Shown: one piece after another, positions 38,664-50,184 of the stretch
Position numbering within the stretch: the first letter of the stretch is position 1
Layout of the letters: every line of letters begins with the position of its first letter
Virus record (IMG/VR): IMGVR_UViG_3300035698_005082
Location: 9,367-73,366 of that record
Source of the DNA: a virus
Length of the DNA: 64,000 bases
Reading direction: 5' to 3' (one strand)
Position numbers and translations under genes: made by a program
The notes under the pieces: generated by a model
The model's input: only the letters and a program-made list of their open reading frames with translations
Databases searched by the model: none
Told to the model about the DNA's origin: nothing

Positions 38664-40449
38664 TATTGAATTTTCAATCGTATACCTTAATGAACTAGAA
38701 TTGTTCAATAACGGATATGGAATATCAGTAAACATGTCTAATAATGGACCTATTAAGGCAGGGGATATTACAGATCTTGAAGTAATATTTATACTAGATG
38801 ATCTACTGATACCATCTAGCGCATCCCCAACGACATCTATAGAGTGGACGAATGGGTCTGGGGATATAATAGGTAGCTCAGCAAGCATATCTCATCTACC
38901 ATTATCATCTGGGCTATATTCAGTTACAGCAACTGTAACCATAGAAGATGTACCTAATAATTTCGAACTAGTTATATCTGATACATATTCATTTTACATA
39001 GAGCCACCAAATGCAGCAGAGTATAAGTTCAGCATATCAAGCCTTTCTACTAATAGTAAGCTAATATATTCTAATATGGATATATACAGATTCCTTACAT
39101 ACTTTCCGAAATGGTCTTCTGCTAATTCACAATTCTATAGTAATACATCTAAATTCCTTTCTCCGCATTTAGAAAGATTAGGCTTCATGCTTAATGATAT
39201 GGATGAAATATTGGTAAACGAAAGTTCCGGAGATAAGATTACTCAATTCGGATACAAGGACCATACAAGAAGCATTCTTACTATAACAAAGCCAGAATAT
39301 ATAAAGACAGAATATGGAATATGTTCAAATTATGGCGAAGCAACATCTATGTCGCTAGATTCTATACCAATAGGGGCATTTAATAAGCACGAATCAAATA
39401 GTATAAATAAGGTTACTCATCACATATTTGCTAGCGAGGTAACTATTAGATTCATAAAGGCGTCTATAGCATACATCTATTCAGATAGGGCATCTGTGCA
39501 AGCACCAGAGAGCGTATTTATAACCGGTATAGATGCTAATGGTTCATCAGTATCGGAAACTATAAGACTAGATGCATCGGTTCCTGTGGAAACTATGAAT
39601 GAGTATTTGATAATATTCGGAGTTACAGGGAATACCGGTGAGATAGTAATATCAAACTTTTTAGACAATTTGATCTCATCCACAAATAGGTCCTCCGTTG
39701 GAAAGAGGATAGTGTCAAAGGCTGGAGTATACTTTACTCCAAGATTTGAATTGTCTGGGACTAATCTATATATATTAAATGGGGATAAATTTTCCAAGAA
39801 CGAAGAATTTAAATTCTCTCTACCATTTATTCCTGATAAGTTATTAGTTTCAAACCTGCTAGATGTTATTGCACTAAAGGATAATCAAGTTTATTCTTCA
39901 AAGTTAATGCTTGATTATTACGACATAGAAAGTCCAGGATCTTCTGTAAACAATAATTCATTCATATGGGTTGATGAAGAAAATCCCGAAGTTGGTTCAT
40001 CTGTCAATATAACAATGAATACAGCACTATTGATGAAAGACACAACCGCAACTGCAATACGTATATCAATAGAAAATAACGGAACTATTGAATACATGAC
40101 AGAGCTAGGAACCTTAGTGTCGTCATCAGATACATGGGTTAACCTTAGTAGCGTTGGTCGTATATCGTTTAATGTATTAATACAGAATGATGGCCCATAT
40201 ATATTTAAGATTGATAACAATGCAAGGCCAACGTCTATGTATGCAATGTCATACCAGAATATGATACATATGACAAAAATACATGAAGATGTATCAGATA
40301 TGTTTATACATAATAGGGAATTATATATGGTAGACATGGTTGATCAAACTAGTAAGATGGAATCCGTCAGGCTAGGATTTGTAACCGGTAAAGATAGGAC
40401 ATATATACAATTTCCATTTGAAACATTGGAGTTGATTTATGAGCTTTAA
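38656..40449 (+). CDS. baseplate/tail structural protein
   Basis: 597 aa, overlapping the gpJ-like stop. FLTYFPKWS resembles gpI-like starts. Confidence 0.55.
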   Translation: MSDIEFSIVYLNELELFNNGYGISVNMSNNGPIKAGDITDLEVIFILDDLLIPSSASPTTSIEWTNGSGDIIGSSASISHLPLSSGLYSVTATVTIEDVPNNFELVISDTYSFYIEPPNAAEYKFSISSLSTNSKLIYSNMDIYRFLTYFPKWSSANSQFYSNTSKFLSPHLERLGFMLNDMDEILVNESSGDKITQFGYKDHTRSILTITKPEYIKTEYGICSNYGEATSMSLDSIPIGAFNKHESNSINKVTHHIFASEVTIRFIKASIAYIYSDRASVQAPESVFITGIDANGSSVSETIRLDASVPVETMNEYLIIFGVTGNTGEIVISNFLDNLISSTNRSSVGKRIVSKAGVYFTPRFELSGTNLYILNGDKFSKNEEFKFSLPFIPDKLLVSNLLDVIALKDNQVYSSKLMLDYYDIESPGSSVNNNSFIWVDEENPEVGSSVNITMNTALLMKDTTATAIRISIENNGTIEYMTELGTLVSSSDTWVNLSSVGRISFNVLIQNDGPYIFKIDNNARPTSMYAMSYQNMIHMTKIHEDVSDMFIHNRELYMVDMVDQTSKMESVRLGFVTGKDRTYIQFPFETLELIYEL

Positions 40450-41119
40450 TATACTTAGTACTAGAGTATCTACATTAGAAAAGAATGACTCCATAATAAC
40501 AAAGACTCATGCTAATACAGAATCTATGAAGGATGCATTTCCCTCTATATACATAGAATCTTCAGAAACAATATCTATATCTAATACAGTAATGACCATA
40601 TCTGATAATGTCTTTAGCATTATAGGTATGACCATAATAGAACTTGTTATAAAGATTAGGTCATATGGAATATTGGCATATATAACCAAACAAGAGGTTG
40701 GTCTTTTACCAGCAGAGCTGTTATTGGATTTTGCTAATGAATCAGTCATATCTAGAGACATAGATCTTTCACCCAAGAAGCTATCTACTATACATGATAA
40801 AATATTACTCAATGTTCCCGCCCTAGATGAATCAAGTATATACAGAGAAGTAATATCTGTATATTCAAAATCAGAAGATGTGATGTATGGAGATAGCGAT
40901 CAAAGATTCTCGTTCTTCACAGAATCTGATATGCTATATATAAATGGTCTGAGAGAGGATACTAAGGCAATAATACTATATAGAATCGATAAGTTCTTTC
41001 TATTCGCATCAAGGAAAAACTCTATAGAATTAAGCATGGCCCTTTCTGTTGAAAGTGAAAAAATAAATGGATCTTTACTGATGGAAACATCGACAGCGCT
41101 AAATTGGAATAAGGTATAA
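40439..41119 (+). CDS. hypothetical baseplate-region protein
   Basis: 226-aa ORF in the coupled operon. Confidence 0.55.
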   Translation: MSFNILSTRVSTLEKNDSIITKTHANTESMKDAFPSIYIESSETISISNTVMTISDNVFSIIGMTIIELVIKIRSYGILAYITKQEVGLLPAELLLDFANESVISRDIDLSPKKLSTIHDKILLNVPALDESSIYREVISVYSKSEDVMYGDSDQRFSFFTESDMLYINGLREDTKAIILYRIDKFFLFASRKNSIELSMALSVESEKINGSLLMETSTALNWNKV

Positions 41120-43110
41120 TGATAAAAAAAATATATAGTGCAAAAATAAAACCATCAGAGATAGTATCTCCGATAAAGCTACACACAGCCCATGTTAACA
41201 TTGGTGAATCATTTAGTGATTCAATCCCAGTAATGCAAAGCGATATAATTAATGATCCATACGTATTAAGTAATGGATGGAATTCAGATCAAAACTTTGT
41301 ACAGTCTACCTCCAAAATAGGGTTTTCCAATATATCAAGAATATCAAATGGAAGAAAGACAATACCTAATCTAGACGGTCCAGTCATAGTTGCATCCGAT
41401 GAAATACTAATAGATTCAGATGAATTCATAAATAACATATCTAATAATCCTGTAATGGGTGTTAGATCGCTAGGTTCTGGTGCGTTATCAAGGGCATTCA
41501 TTTTCAAAAGAGAGAATGGAAAGATATCTATAAATAAAGAATATCAATTTACACACATAGGCTCAATAAGAAACAAACTGCAGGATGGGCAGTTTACAGA
41601 ACTGACTAAGGATTCAGAATCATTTATAGTATTTCAGGAATTATCTCCAACTCCCATAAGTTCATTCAAGAATTCCTCTTTATCGCTAAGTATGACTGAT
41701 TACCTAAGTAGCTCTATAGACTATAACTATATAATAAATAAGTATTCAATCCTTGAACATGACTTCTTGTCTATGTGTGACTATATTCCACTATCTGATT
41801 CATCAATTGACTATACTTCATTTCAGGAATTCGGAGTATCTATCTCATCAGAATATTTTCCTATACATAATCAAGCAACTGTAATTGGTAAATGGGCAGA
41901 TGACATATCGGGCGATATTACGATAGTCCAAGCTAGCATTGGGTCAATTGTTGACATAGACAGTATAAGTGGAACCATAGAGATATCTAAAAACTATGCA
42001 AATCAGTTTGATTCTACAGGACTAACACTTCAGGGATTCTATATATTCTATGGTGTATCACCATCTATATATGTTGCACCAAAAGACCCTATAATTAAGA
42101 TAGGCGAAATGCTTGATGAATATTCTTCTTTGTCATATATGTCAATAGACAATAATGATTTTGGTGGGAATGTTTCGATAACACAGCAGCTTATAGATGT
42201 TACAAATTCATCAGTGTCAGGGTCTGGAATAACTGACTTAACCGTACCTCTTAAGCATAGCAAATTCTTTCTTGAGCCAAGTTCTAATATAATCATAAAT
42301 CATAAAATGGTCAAAGCCGGATCAAGGCATTGGATGAATAATGAAGAAGTAAACAGGCTAGAGGTAGAAGCACCAAGTCATGTGCTAGACATTCTTGAGC
42401 CTTCTGTGCTTCTCGGAGATTCAATATTAACACAAAGTGACCTGATATCAGCAGATGTTGCTGCAGTATATGGTATCTTCAAGTATGGTGATGTTACAAG
42501 AGCGTCTCTTGCTTCCGCCATAGAATTCAATAGTACGATAGCCAATCCATTCAATGCAGGCGCACTAGGGCATGGAGAGCTTCTATCTAATGCTGGAGTA
42601 TTATATTACTCCGTAATATCTGATCCAATAGCTCCATTGCAAAATAGTATATCAGTACAAGTTAAGCCAGTTGATACTGGATATGAAGTAATCCTTCCAG
42701 CTTGGGCTGTTGAAGGAAGTATACAGGTGGTAGAACTCACTCCCACAGATTCTAGGGCGTTTAGTCATTGGAGCTATATAGAACCAGATATACTAATACT
42801 AGATAAAGAATATGCAGATATGAACACTGCTTATGTTATTACGTTCGACATGTCTGTTCATCCAATTATAACGAGCATCAATGTTCCAGAAGGAACTATT
42901 GATATATCTAAAACACATGATCCAGAAATTATATATACATCATTCCAGGGGTTCTATGTATTGCATAGTAAGCTCATAAAAATAAGGATTGGTTATATAG
43001 ATGACTCAGGAATCAGGCACTACTATCCAAAAACAATATCTGTTAATGCACTACTAGAAAAAGAATATCTAGAACGTATAGTAACGGGAATGAAAACAAT
43101 CCTAATATAA
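41119..43110 (+). CDS. hypothetical baseplate-region protein
   Basis: 663-aa beta-rich ORF with a TAATG overlap. Confidence 0.6.
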   Translation: MIKKIYSAKIKPSEIVSPIKLHTAHVNIGESFSDSIPVMQSDIINDPYVLSNGWNSDQNFVQSTSKIGFSNISRISNGRKTIPNLDGPVIVASDEILIDSDEFINNISNNPVMGVRSLGSGALSRAFIFKRENGKISINKEYQFTHIGSIRNKLQDGQFTELTKDSESFIVFQELSPTPISSFKNSSLSLSMTDYLSSSIDYNYIINKYSILEHDFLSMCDYIPLSDSSIDYTSFQEFGVSISSEYFPIHNQATVIGKWADDISGDITIVQASIGSIVDIDSISGTIEISKNYANQFDSTGLTLQGFYIFYGVSPSIYVAPKDPIIKIGEMLDEYSSLSYMSIDNNDFGGNVSITQQLIDVTNSSVSGSGITDLTVPLKHSKFFLEPSSNIIINHKMVKAGSRHWMNNEEVNRLEVEAPSHVLDILEPSVLLGDSILTQSDLISADVAAVYGIFKYGDVTRASLASAIEFNSTIANPFNAGALGHGELLSNAGVLYYSVISDPIAPLQNSISVQVKPVDTGYEVILPAWAVEGSIQVVELTPTDSRAFSHWSYIEPDILILDKEYADMNTAYVITFDMSVHPIITSINVPEGTIDISKTHDPEIIYTSFQGFYVLHSKLIKIRIGYIDDSGIRHYYPKTISVNALLEKEYLERIVTGMKTILI

Positions 43111-43128
43111 TCACTAGGCTAACAAAAG

Positions 43129-46100
43129 ATGAATTATTTAAATAACTTATACGTAAAACCCCCAATACACTTAGTCGATGGGGTTGTTAAAGACGGAACT
43201 CTGATTAATTTCGGATTCCAAATTGAAACTGGATTTGATAATGTAGGAAATGCATTAGGCAACCTATATGGTAATGCCTCTGGAACTACAGAATATGCGA
43301 GGTATTTCAATAGCATATCCTCAGCAATAGGTAATATTGGCATTATGTCTCCAGACGAACCTTTCGAGGAAGTGTTCGTATCATATCAGCAAGTATTCTC
43401 CCCTAGTGGAAATAGAAAGGAGTTTATTTTAGACCTGATAGCTGACCCTATAGAAGCCACAACTACTGTTACTGATTTAGTATCAACAGTATATTCATGG
43501 GTTGCTAGTCCTGAAGCCCTAGATACCGAAGGTCAATATACTCTGGTTGGTAAATCATTAATCTTCTTTAAGGTTCCGGATACTGATTTTACCATTGTCT
43601 ACAATGGAACTTATCCATCGTTTATGTCATACCCAGGATATGCCCCAAATGTATATCCACCTCCCCACCTAATAGAGACGGGAGACGTAACTAAGCCAAG
43701 CATAGCGCTTACTATTGCTGGCAGATATAGAGTAACTATAAATAAATCAAATAAGAATAATGACGAAGATATATTCGGATCTGATCTAACATTAGCATTT
43801 AATCCTATTATCGATACATATGTATCTCCTGCTGGAGATGTGGAAGTTCCATCTGAATATGTGAACGCATGGATAAAAGAGGGGACAACATATAGGCAAA
43901 TACTTTCTAGATCTATATACATACTAAGCGATACTGAATTTGAGATAGATACAGATGAAGAAATAGATGTAAATCTAGATATAATAATATTCTCTATAGC
44001 AAATGTTACCGTCTCTGAAATGTTAAAAGAGCTGTACTCTGTAGTTAAAAATCACAACCATGACAAGAATGATATTGTTGCGACAATAGACCATTCTAGT
44101 CTAGTTAATCTCATACCTAGCTCTATTAATCCAGATATAAACTATTCTAAGTCTGTCATTACCAATAATGATCATCCTGAATACATGCATAGAGAAGGAT
44201 TGAGAACTGATGATAGTGGCTCATATAACAATGCAATGCTTGGTGACCTACTTATTGCATCGACTGATTCTGCTGCTTTATTTAATAATGTAGATGCTGA
44301 CTCTAATAGTTTAATTTTTGGCTCATCTACGAGTGGCTCATCAATTAGGTTTAGAAATGTGGAAGATGATCTATTTTTATATCATGCTGGTAATGGACTT
44401 ACAATACATTCACTATTGGGTGCTGGTAAAGCCAGCGTAGCCTTAGACGTAAACGGTCATCAGGTATTTAATTATAGAGATGCCCTATTGGTAGATAATT
44501 TAGGCATATCTTCAGACTCTGGAAGAGTATTAATATTAGACAAGACTGACCCTTCTGTGTTTGCAGACATGGAAATGAAGCAACTATTTGCAAATAGCAT
44601 TACACTAGATGGTGTTATGTCAATAGTGAATGATGGCGTAATAAAGATAGGAAATATAGAGTTTGCAGAAAGCAATGATCATGTAATAGTTACATCTGTA
44701 GGATCTGAATATATAGATTTTCAAACAACTATAAAGTTATCACAGGTTCATGTTGCAGAGCTAGAAGTAGTAAATACAATAGTAACAGATATAGTAGAGA
44801 TCAGAGATAGGGATACAACTATCGCCTTTACTGATAATGGAAAGACTTCTGAAATAAAGAATACTCCAGATGCACAGCTAGAGATATCATCAGATATGCC
44901 TGTAATAATAAAGGCATCAATAGATCTTGAGGGAGTTTCTGGAAGAGATGACTCGTCTACTCACCCCGCTAGTAGACTAATAAATGGAATATCATTTACA
45001 GATAGCAGCTATGGATCACTATCAGAATTTGCAGCACTATATGTATCTTCACAAGGTGGTACAGCAGCAAGCCCATCACAACCAACTACATACTTAGAGA
45101 TGCATTATCCAGAATCTTCTGAATTAGAAGATGCTGTAAATGGACTTTATCTATTAAGGACGACAAGAGTTGATCAGATAGAGAAGGGAATAAAGTATTC
45201 ATGGAAACAAGACACCGGTGATCAGCGTGTAGACGATCTTACAAAATGGCCTCGCGCTAAAATAGCAGCTGGATTTGGAGATTTTTATTCAATAAAAGTT
45301 GGATTATCTAGTATAGGTGAAAAAGAAGGGGTTAAATTTGGACAGTTTAATAACATATATGTAACAGGTGAAGGTGGTAATTGCCCAACTGGTCTAATGG
45401 TTCTTGAATCTTTAGCTGGTGTAGCACTAGTAGCATCCGGGGCAGACCCTGATGACTGCTCTAATGTATCCTACTCGTCTTTAATTCTTGGAGATATGCA
45501 ATCAAGAGGATCGGTATCGGTATCAGAAGACATAAGTGCTGGTAGATTAATAAATGCTGGTGGTCAGCTAGGTGGTGAGACTCTTAGCATAAGAGGACTT
45601 GCATCAATATTTGGTACCACAAGGATATATGAAGATCTTTCAGTAGATGGAAACCTCGACATATTAGGATCTGTTAAGCTCAATTCTGATGTAATTATAA
45701 ACGGAAAGATAAAATCAACTGGTAGCTTAGAAATAAGCACACTCGCTGTACACGGAACATCTGAATTTGACGAGATAGCAAGGTTTAGCGGCGGAATTCA
45801 GGTAAGTAACAATTCAGACTTTAACGCTCCAACAATATTCCATCAAAGAGTATCTGTAGACGCTAAGATGACTGCCAACGAGATAGATGCAGGACCAGTA
45901 AAGAGTACTACATTTGAAGCTTCTGAAACTATCTATGCTAAATCTGGAATAGATGTGGTATCCAATGCGCTGTTCCACGGAAATCTTACAGTCGAAGGAT
46001 CAACCGACATATCTGGTGCAATAGTTGCAACAGGCGCTTCATATTCTGATGGTGTAAATTCTACTGGAGATTTAAATGTATCAGGTGTTTCTAATTTTGA

Positions 46101-47043
46101 GGGCGATTTATATACTAAGGCGGATGTAGTATTCACAGGATCTGATGGATCACTATTAGCTAATGTTCCATCAGTGTTTGGTAGAACAGTATCGTTTAAT
46201 GGAGAGGTAACCGTCGGTGCCCCAGTAACCATAAATGCCCCACTAGAAGTTAGATCGTCAGTAAGCGTTGTGTCAATAACTTCTGATTCAGAAATAACCG
46301 TAACAAGTGGTGGTATATCAGCATCTGGTAATATTAAAGGTGGAGGCATTGTATCTACAGGAACCATAGAAGCTAGTGGCATAGCTAGTCTAGGAAGCAA
46401 TCTTAACGTAGGAGGTAATCTTGTTGTATCAGGATTCACCAATATGGATGGAGACGTGGTTGTAAATGGAGATATAGGCGCTAGTGGTAACATTAGTTCT
46501 AGTGGTAGAATTACGGCAGTAGATGGGTTCGAAGCCTTAAATGACTCTGTGTCAGCATTTGGTGACGTATCGATAAGTGGAATATTTACACTAGATGGTA
46601 CATCGGTGGTATCCGGCAAGGCGGAATTTACAAGCGATGTAGATATCGGTGCAAGCTTAGACATATCAAGCTCAATAACGGTAGGAACGACAACTCCAAT
46701 AACAATTGGTGATGGAAGCATAACCATAGGAAACAGTGGAGCACATGGCGAAATAACTTCTAACTCTGGAACATTCGATCAGATAAAGGGAACATTGCCA
46801 GGACATGAGATAATGCTTCCTTCTGGATCCAATCCAGAATATCAGTCATTATATAATTCAGTAAGACAGCAGAACTTTACTCAGCATGAAAACTCAGCAT
46901 TCGATGGATCAGCAGTATTCGGTGGACAGGTCATAATGAACCAAGACATCTGGGTTGCTGGAATTAAAAGGATTGATTTAGGCTCTTCTGGGAATCTAGA
47001 ATGGGTGGATATAATTGCAAGAGAGGCATACTATGCCCCATAA
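43129..47043 (+). CDS. long tail fibre/spike with beta-helix-type repeats
   Basis: 1304 aa. HNH/DHSSL/DHPEY His motifs (~44050-44185). About 400 aa of short xVxGxL repeats (~45500-46760). Confidence 0.7.
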   Translation: MNYLNNLYVKPPIHLVDGVVKDGTLINFGFQIETGFDNVGNALGNLYGNASGTTEYARYFNSISSAIGNIGIMSPDEPFEEVFVSYQQVFSPSGNRKEFILDLIADPIEATTTVTDLVSTVYSWVASPEALDTEGQYTLVGKSLIFFKVPDTDFTIVYNGTYPSFMSYPGYAPNVYPPPHLIETGDVTKPSIALTIAGRYRVTINKSNKNNDEDIFGSDLTLAFNPIIDTYVSPAGDVEVPSEYVNAWIKEGTTYRQILSRSIYILSDTEFEIDTDEEIDVNLDIIIFSIANVTVSEMLKELYSVVKNHNHDKNDIVATIDHSSLVNLIPSSINPDINYSKSVITNNDHPEYMHREGLRTDDSGSYNNAMLGDLLIASTDSAALFNNVDADSNSLIFGSSTSGSSIRFRNVEDDLFLYHAGNGLTIHSLLGAGKASVALDVNGHQVFNYRDALLVDNLGISSDSGRVLILDKTDPSVFADMEMKQLFANSITLDGVMSIVNDGVIKIGNIEFAESNDHVIVTSVGSEYIDFQTTIKLSQVHVAELEVVNTIVTDIVEIRDRDTTIAFTDNGKTSEIKNTPDAQLEISSDMPVIIKASIDLEGVSGRDDSSTHPASRLINGISFTDSSYGSLSEFAALYVSSQGGTAASPSQPTTYLEMHYPESSELEDAVNGLYLLRTTRVDQIEKGIKYSWKQDTGDQRVDDLTKWPRAKIAAGFGDFYSIKVGLSSIGEKEGVKFGQFNNIYVTGEGGNCPTGLMVLESLAGVALVASGADPDDCSNVSYSSLILGDMQSRGSVSVSEDISAGRLINAGGQLGGETLSIRGLASIFGTTRIYEDLSVDGNLDILGSVKLNSDVIINGKIKSTGSLEISTLAVHGTSEFDEIARFSGGIQVSNNSDFNAPTIFHQRVSVDAKMTANEIDAGPVKSTTFEASETIYAKSGIDVVSNALFHGNLTVEGSTDISGAIVATGASYSDGVNSTGDLNVSGVSNFEGDLYTKADVVFTGSDGSLLANVPSVFGRTVSFNGEVTVGAPVTINAPLEVRSSVSVVSITSDSEITVTSGGISASGNIKGGGIVSTGTIEASGIASLGSNLNVGGNLVVSGFTNMDGDVVVNGDIGASGNISSSGRITAVDGFEALNDSVSAFGDVSISGIFTLDGTSVVSGKAEFTSDVDIGASLDISSSITVGTTTPITIGDGSITIGNSGAHGEITSNSGTFDQIKGTLPGHEIMLPSGSNPEYQSLYNSVRQQNFTQHENSAFDGSAVFGGQVIMNQDIWVAGIKRIDLGSSGNLEWVDIIAREAYYAP

Positions 47044-48940
47044 GAAAAGTTACTCATTAAAGGTTGGACCTAAGTATGACTTGTTTGGATTGGAGAAATC
47101 TAATCCCACAGATCCAATACTAGTATCTGACAATAGTATGTCTAAGTTTTCGCTATCTAGAATACAGCGCCCTGAAGAGAGCACTTATGTTAAGGTAATA
47201 AAAAGCATACAAAGTACGGCTAGGAAGACTAGAATACTTGCCAATACCACAGACGTTAAGATGACTAATGTGTTCAACACATATGGTGATCCATTATTCT
47301 ATAAGGCGGTAATAAGGAATATTCCTGGGTCTATCATATATGTAAATGGAGAAGTGGCAGAAGCCACAGACTCTGACTTTATATACTTAAACAAGACAGC
47401 GGCAATAATAGACTATAGAACTAGTGACTCCACAGTATTATCAGAAGTTCCTGAGATATATCCGGTATTCATATGGGTAGAACAGGAAAATCTATCCAAC
47501 ATAATATCTATTGATAATAGGAAGTATGATTATAGACTATCGAAAGAAGACATAATGATATCTGTTTCCAAGACTGCTGTTCACGCAGAAGTTGATTCTG
47601 GTTCCGTTGTCGATATACATAGGATAAAACATGACAAAATAAAGGTAGAGCCATTCTACATAAGAACGTCTAGGCCAGGAGAAAACGGTAGAGTATATTT
47701 TGAATACGACTATACTAATATTATAGTCGATTATGTGAGTAGGAATTTCGAGAATATATCCAATATAGATGGTGGATATATAAACTTAGAGAATACAAAT
47801 ATATTTAAAGATTCGGTAATTATATATACACTTGTTGATAATATTGCTACACCAATTGTAGACAACTCTAATGGTGGATATGACGATATTATATTCTCTA
47901 TAGATGGAAAGATTAATATTGCTACCCTAATAGGATCGGCTGTAATAGGGTATTCAGATTTATTATGTGTATCATATAGATATATAAAAACTAATAATAT
48001 AGTTAATCTAGACAGTGAGGATATGGATATGTCTAATTCTGAAATCAAGTTTAAGGTGGATCCTACCAAGGTAATTAGTGGTGGCGTTGACGCTATATTT
48101 GAACCACAGATATCGTATAGCATACTTGATATAAATGGAGATACTGTAATGTCTAGCAAGGAAGACACTCCGACATACGAGTATAGATTACCAGTATATC
48201 TTGAGTATGGTAATGTAGGAGATTTCTCTTGGGGATGGAGCGATGAATCATTTGGAAGTGGTCCATATGATGGACCTTCAATCGGAGATGTATTAGAAGT
48301 TAAGAATTTTATAGATATAAAATCTAGTAGTGAGAGTGGTGTTATAGATATAGGATCGCTAATCTTTAGGTCTGAGATAGAATCTGCAGACATATACACT
48401 TATGATAATGTAGCGTCCATAAAGGGGTCTGATCTTCCAAGAAGACTAGGCAATTACTCTAATGTAGTATGGAATAATTCACTAGATGGGATATCGTTCA
48501 ACAAGATAGATGTAGCTTCGGTAGACACATTCGATACCTATGCAACTGTATATTTTGAAGGCTTTGTATTATTTAAAGATGAAGCAAAGGTCATAGTTGA
48601 ATTCGACTTATCGCCATTATATCCTGCACTTGACATAGCTGGATCAATAGATACAGACTACATTTTAGATAACTCAGTAAGCACACTGGCGGTAACCGAT
48701 GTCTCAAGGTATAATAAAGAGACTCCAGATGCACCCAATTCGCTAACAGATCTAGCACTATTTACATACATCAATCAAGAATACATTATAGTGGATTCTG
48801 ATATATTAATATCAAGTGACCTTAGTAGAGCAACTGTTACATTCTCTGGTATTGGCATATCAACAATGCCAGATAATATAGGTATTGGATTTAAAAATAG
48901 TGAAGAGTCAATATACCCATCGGTGGCGGTAGAGATATGA
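47033..48940 (+). CDS. hypothetical tail/baseplate protein
   Basis: ATG at 47033 with GAGG RBS, ~635 aa, beta-rich. Confidence 0.6.
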   Translation: MPHKKSYSLKVGPKYDLFGLEKSNPTDPILVSDNSMSKFSLSRIQRPEESTYVKVIKSIQSTARKTRILANTTDVKMTNVFNTYGDPLFYKAVIRNIPGSIIYVNGEVAEATDSDFIYLNKTAAIIDYRTSDSTVLSEVPEIYPVFIWVEQENLSNIISIDNRKYDYRLSKEDIMISVSKTAVHAEVDSGSVVDIHRIKHDKIKVEPFYIRTSRPGENGRVYFEYDYTNIIVDYVSRNFENISNIDGGYINLENTNIFKDSVIIYTLVDNIATPIVDNSNGGYDDIIFSIDGKINIATLIGSAVIGYSDLLCVSYRYIKTNNIVNLDSEDMDMSNSEIKFKVDPTKVISGGVDAIFEPQISYSILDINGDTVMSSKEDTPTYEYRLPVYLEYGNVGDFSWGWSDESFGSGPYDGPSIGDVLEVKNFIDIKSSSESGVIDIGSLIFRSEIESADIYTYDNVASIKGSDLPRRLGNYSNVVWNNSLDGISFNKIDVASVDTFDTYATVYFEGFVLFKDEAKVIVEFDLSPLYPALDIAGSIDTDYILDNSVSTLAVTDVSRYNKETPDAPNSLTDLALFTYINQEYIIVDSDILISSDLSRATVTFSGIGISTMPDNIGIGFKNSEESIYPSVAVEI

Positions 48941-49338
48941 GAGAATTTTTAGAAAATAGATTAGACAATAGGATAGATCAGGACATATCGTTACAATCAG
49001 ATATATTCAATGATGCAATCAGGACTAGCGCCATGCTGGATGTCATAAGCGATAAATCTATAGAAGTAAAAGGGGCGGTAGAATTTCTTACTGATAACAT
49101 TTCAATACTAGAAAATTCTATAGATGGAGCATTCTTCTCTATAGAAGAAAAAATAGCCTATCTAACATCATCTATAATACATATAAATAAAATAAAAGTA
49201 TCTATAGCAGCTACTGCTAGAAAGATAGATGTAAAATTAGTCAATCTTACAAATGGATTGTATGACAACATGTCATACTCTGCAACAGACAGAGGCTTAA
49301 TAATGAGTACAGTATATACAACAAGGTTTAGAGAGTAA
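48937..49338 (+). CDS. hypothetical helical tail protein
   Basis: 133 aa, ATGA overlap. Confidence 0.55.
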   Translation: MREFLENRLDNRIDQDISLQSDIFNDAIRTSAMLDVISDKSIEVKGAVEFLTDNISILENSIDGAFFSIEEKIAYLTSSIIHINKIKVSIAATARKIDVKLVNLTNGLYDNMSYSATDRGLIMSTVYTTRFRE

Positions 49339-49341
49339 GAT

Positions 49342-50184
49342 ATGCCTAGAAAACAGTATTGGGTAAGCGGAAATAAGAATACACCACATAATTATATGGT
49401 TCTCAAGTCACTAGAGAATAGTCTCAATATAAACTCAATATCTGTGACTGGTATAAATGGAGAGAATATAGAGATAGTTAAGAATCCTATAAATGTAAGT
49501 GGTCATATTACCTTTAGGTACCCACTTGTGTCATCTGATAAAGTAAGGGTCGTTATAGATCATCCTCTATCAGAAGTTCTCACTGCAAGTGACTTGTTCA
49601 CCTTAAGGGTGGGATTGGATAACTATGAGACGATAGGTAAATACATCTCAGAAGAAGAGACTATTACATTTAATAATAATATGTCATTGGTGTATGACGT
49701 TTCTGGAACCCTAGATTCTCTTATGCAATGTACTATACATATGAATACACTGGATGATTATGATAATATTGTGTATTCTGCCTCTATTCCAGTATCCATG
49801 AATGATGATGGATGGATGGTCGGGCATACTAATACGGGCGATGGACTAGAACTTCCATATGAACCAGTCGAAGATACCTTATATATTCTTGCTGGCGAAG
49901 GTAGAGTTGATAATTTCACAATAGATGGAAAGGTTATTAAATTCTCTGTACCAGAAGGATTTGACTGCTATGTAGTCTATAAGCCTAGGTTTACGGAAGA
50001 AGGTAATATACATCAATTCTCTAACAACATACATATTTCCCCATCATACGATATGATACTTAAAGATAATTATTGTAAAAAGATAATATTCTACTTAACT
50101 GTCGAAGTGTTCAATCCAGACGCTACATCGATTAATCATACACCAACTATAAAATCCCTTGGACTACTGACATCTGACAAATGA
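49342..50184 (+). CDS. hypothetical tail/baseplate protein
   Basis: 280 aa, ends in TPTIKSLGL, like the two following genes. Confidence 0.55.
   Translation: MPRKQYWVSGNKNTPHNYMVLKSLENSLNINSISVTGINGENIEIVKNPINVSGHITFRYPLVSSDKVRVVIDHPLSEVLTASDLFTLRVGLDNYETIGKYISEEETITFNNNMSLVYDVSGTLDSLMQCTIHMNTLDDYDNIVYSASIPVSMNDDGWMVGHTNTGDGLELPYEPVEDTLYILAGEGRVDNFTIDGKVIKFSVPEGFDCYVVYKPRFTEEGNIHQFSNNIHISPSYDMILKDNYCKKIIFYLTVEVFNPDATSINHTPTIKSLGLLTSDK

Noticed and set aside
45933-46727. Long antisense ORFs (264 aa here; also 47731-48399, 22832-23374 and many shorter ones)
   Set aside because: They lie wholly opposite well-supported genes, have no RBS or motifs, and are typical shadow frames.
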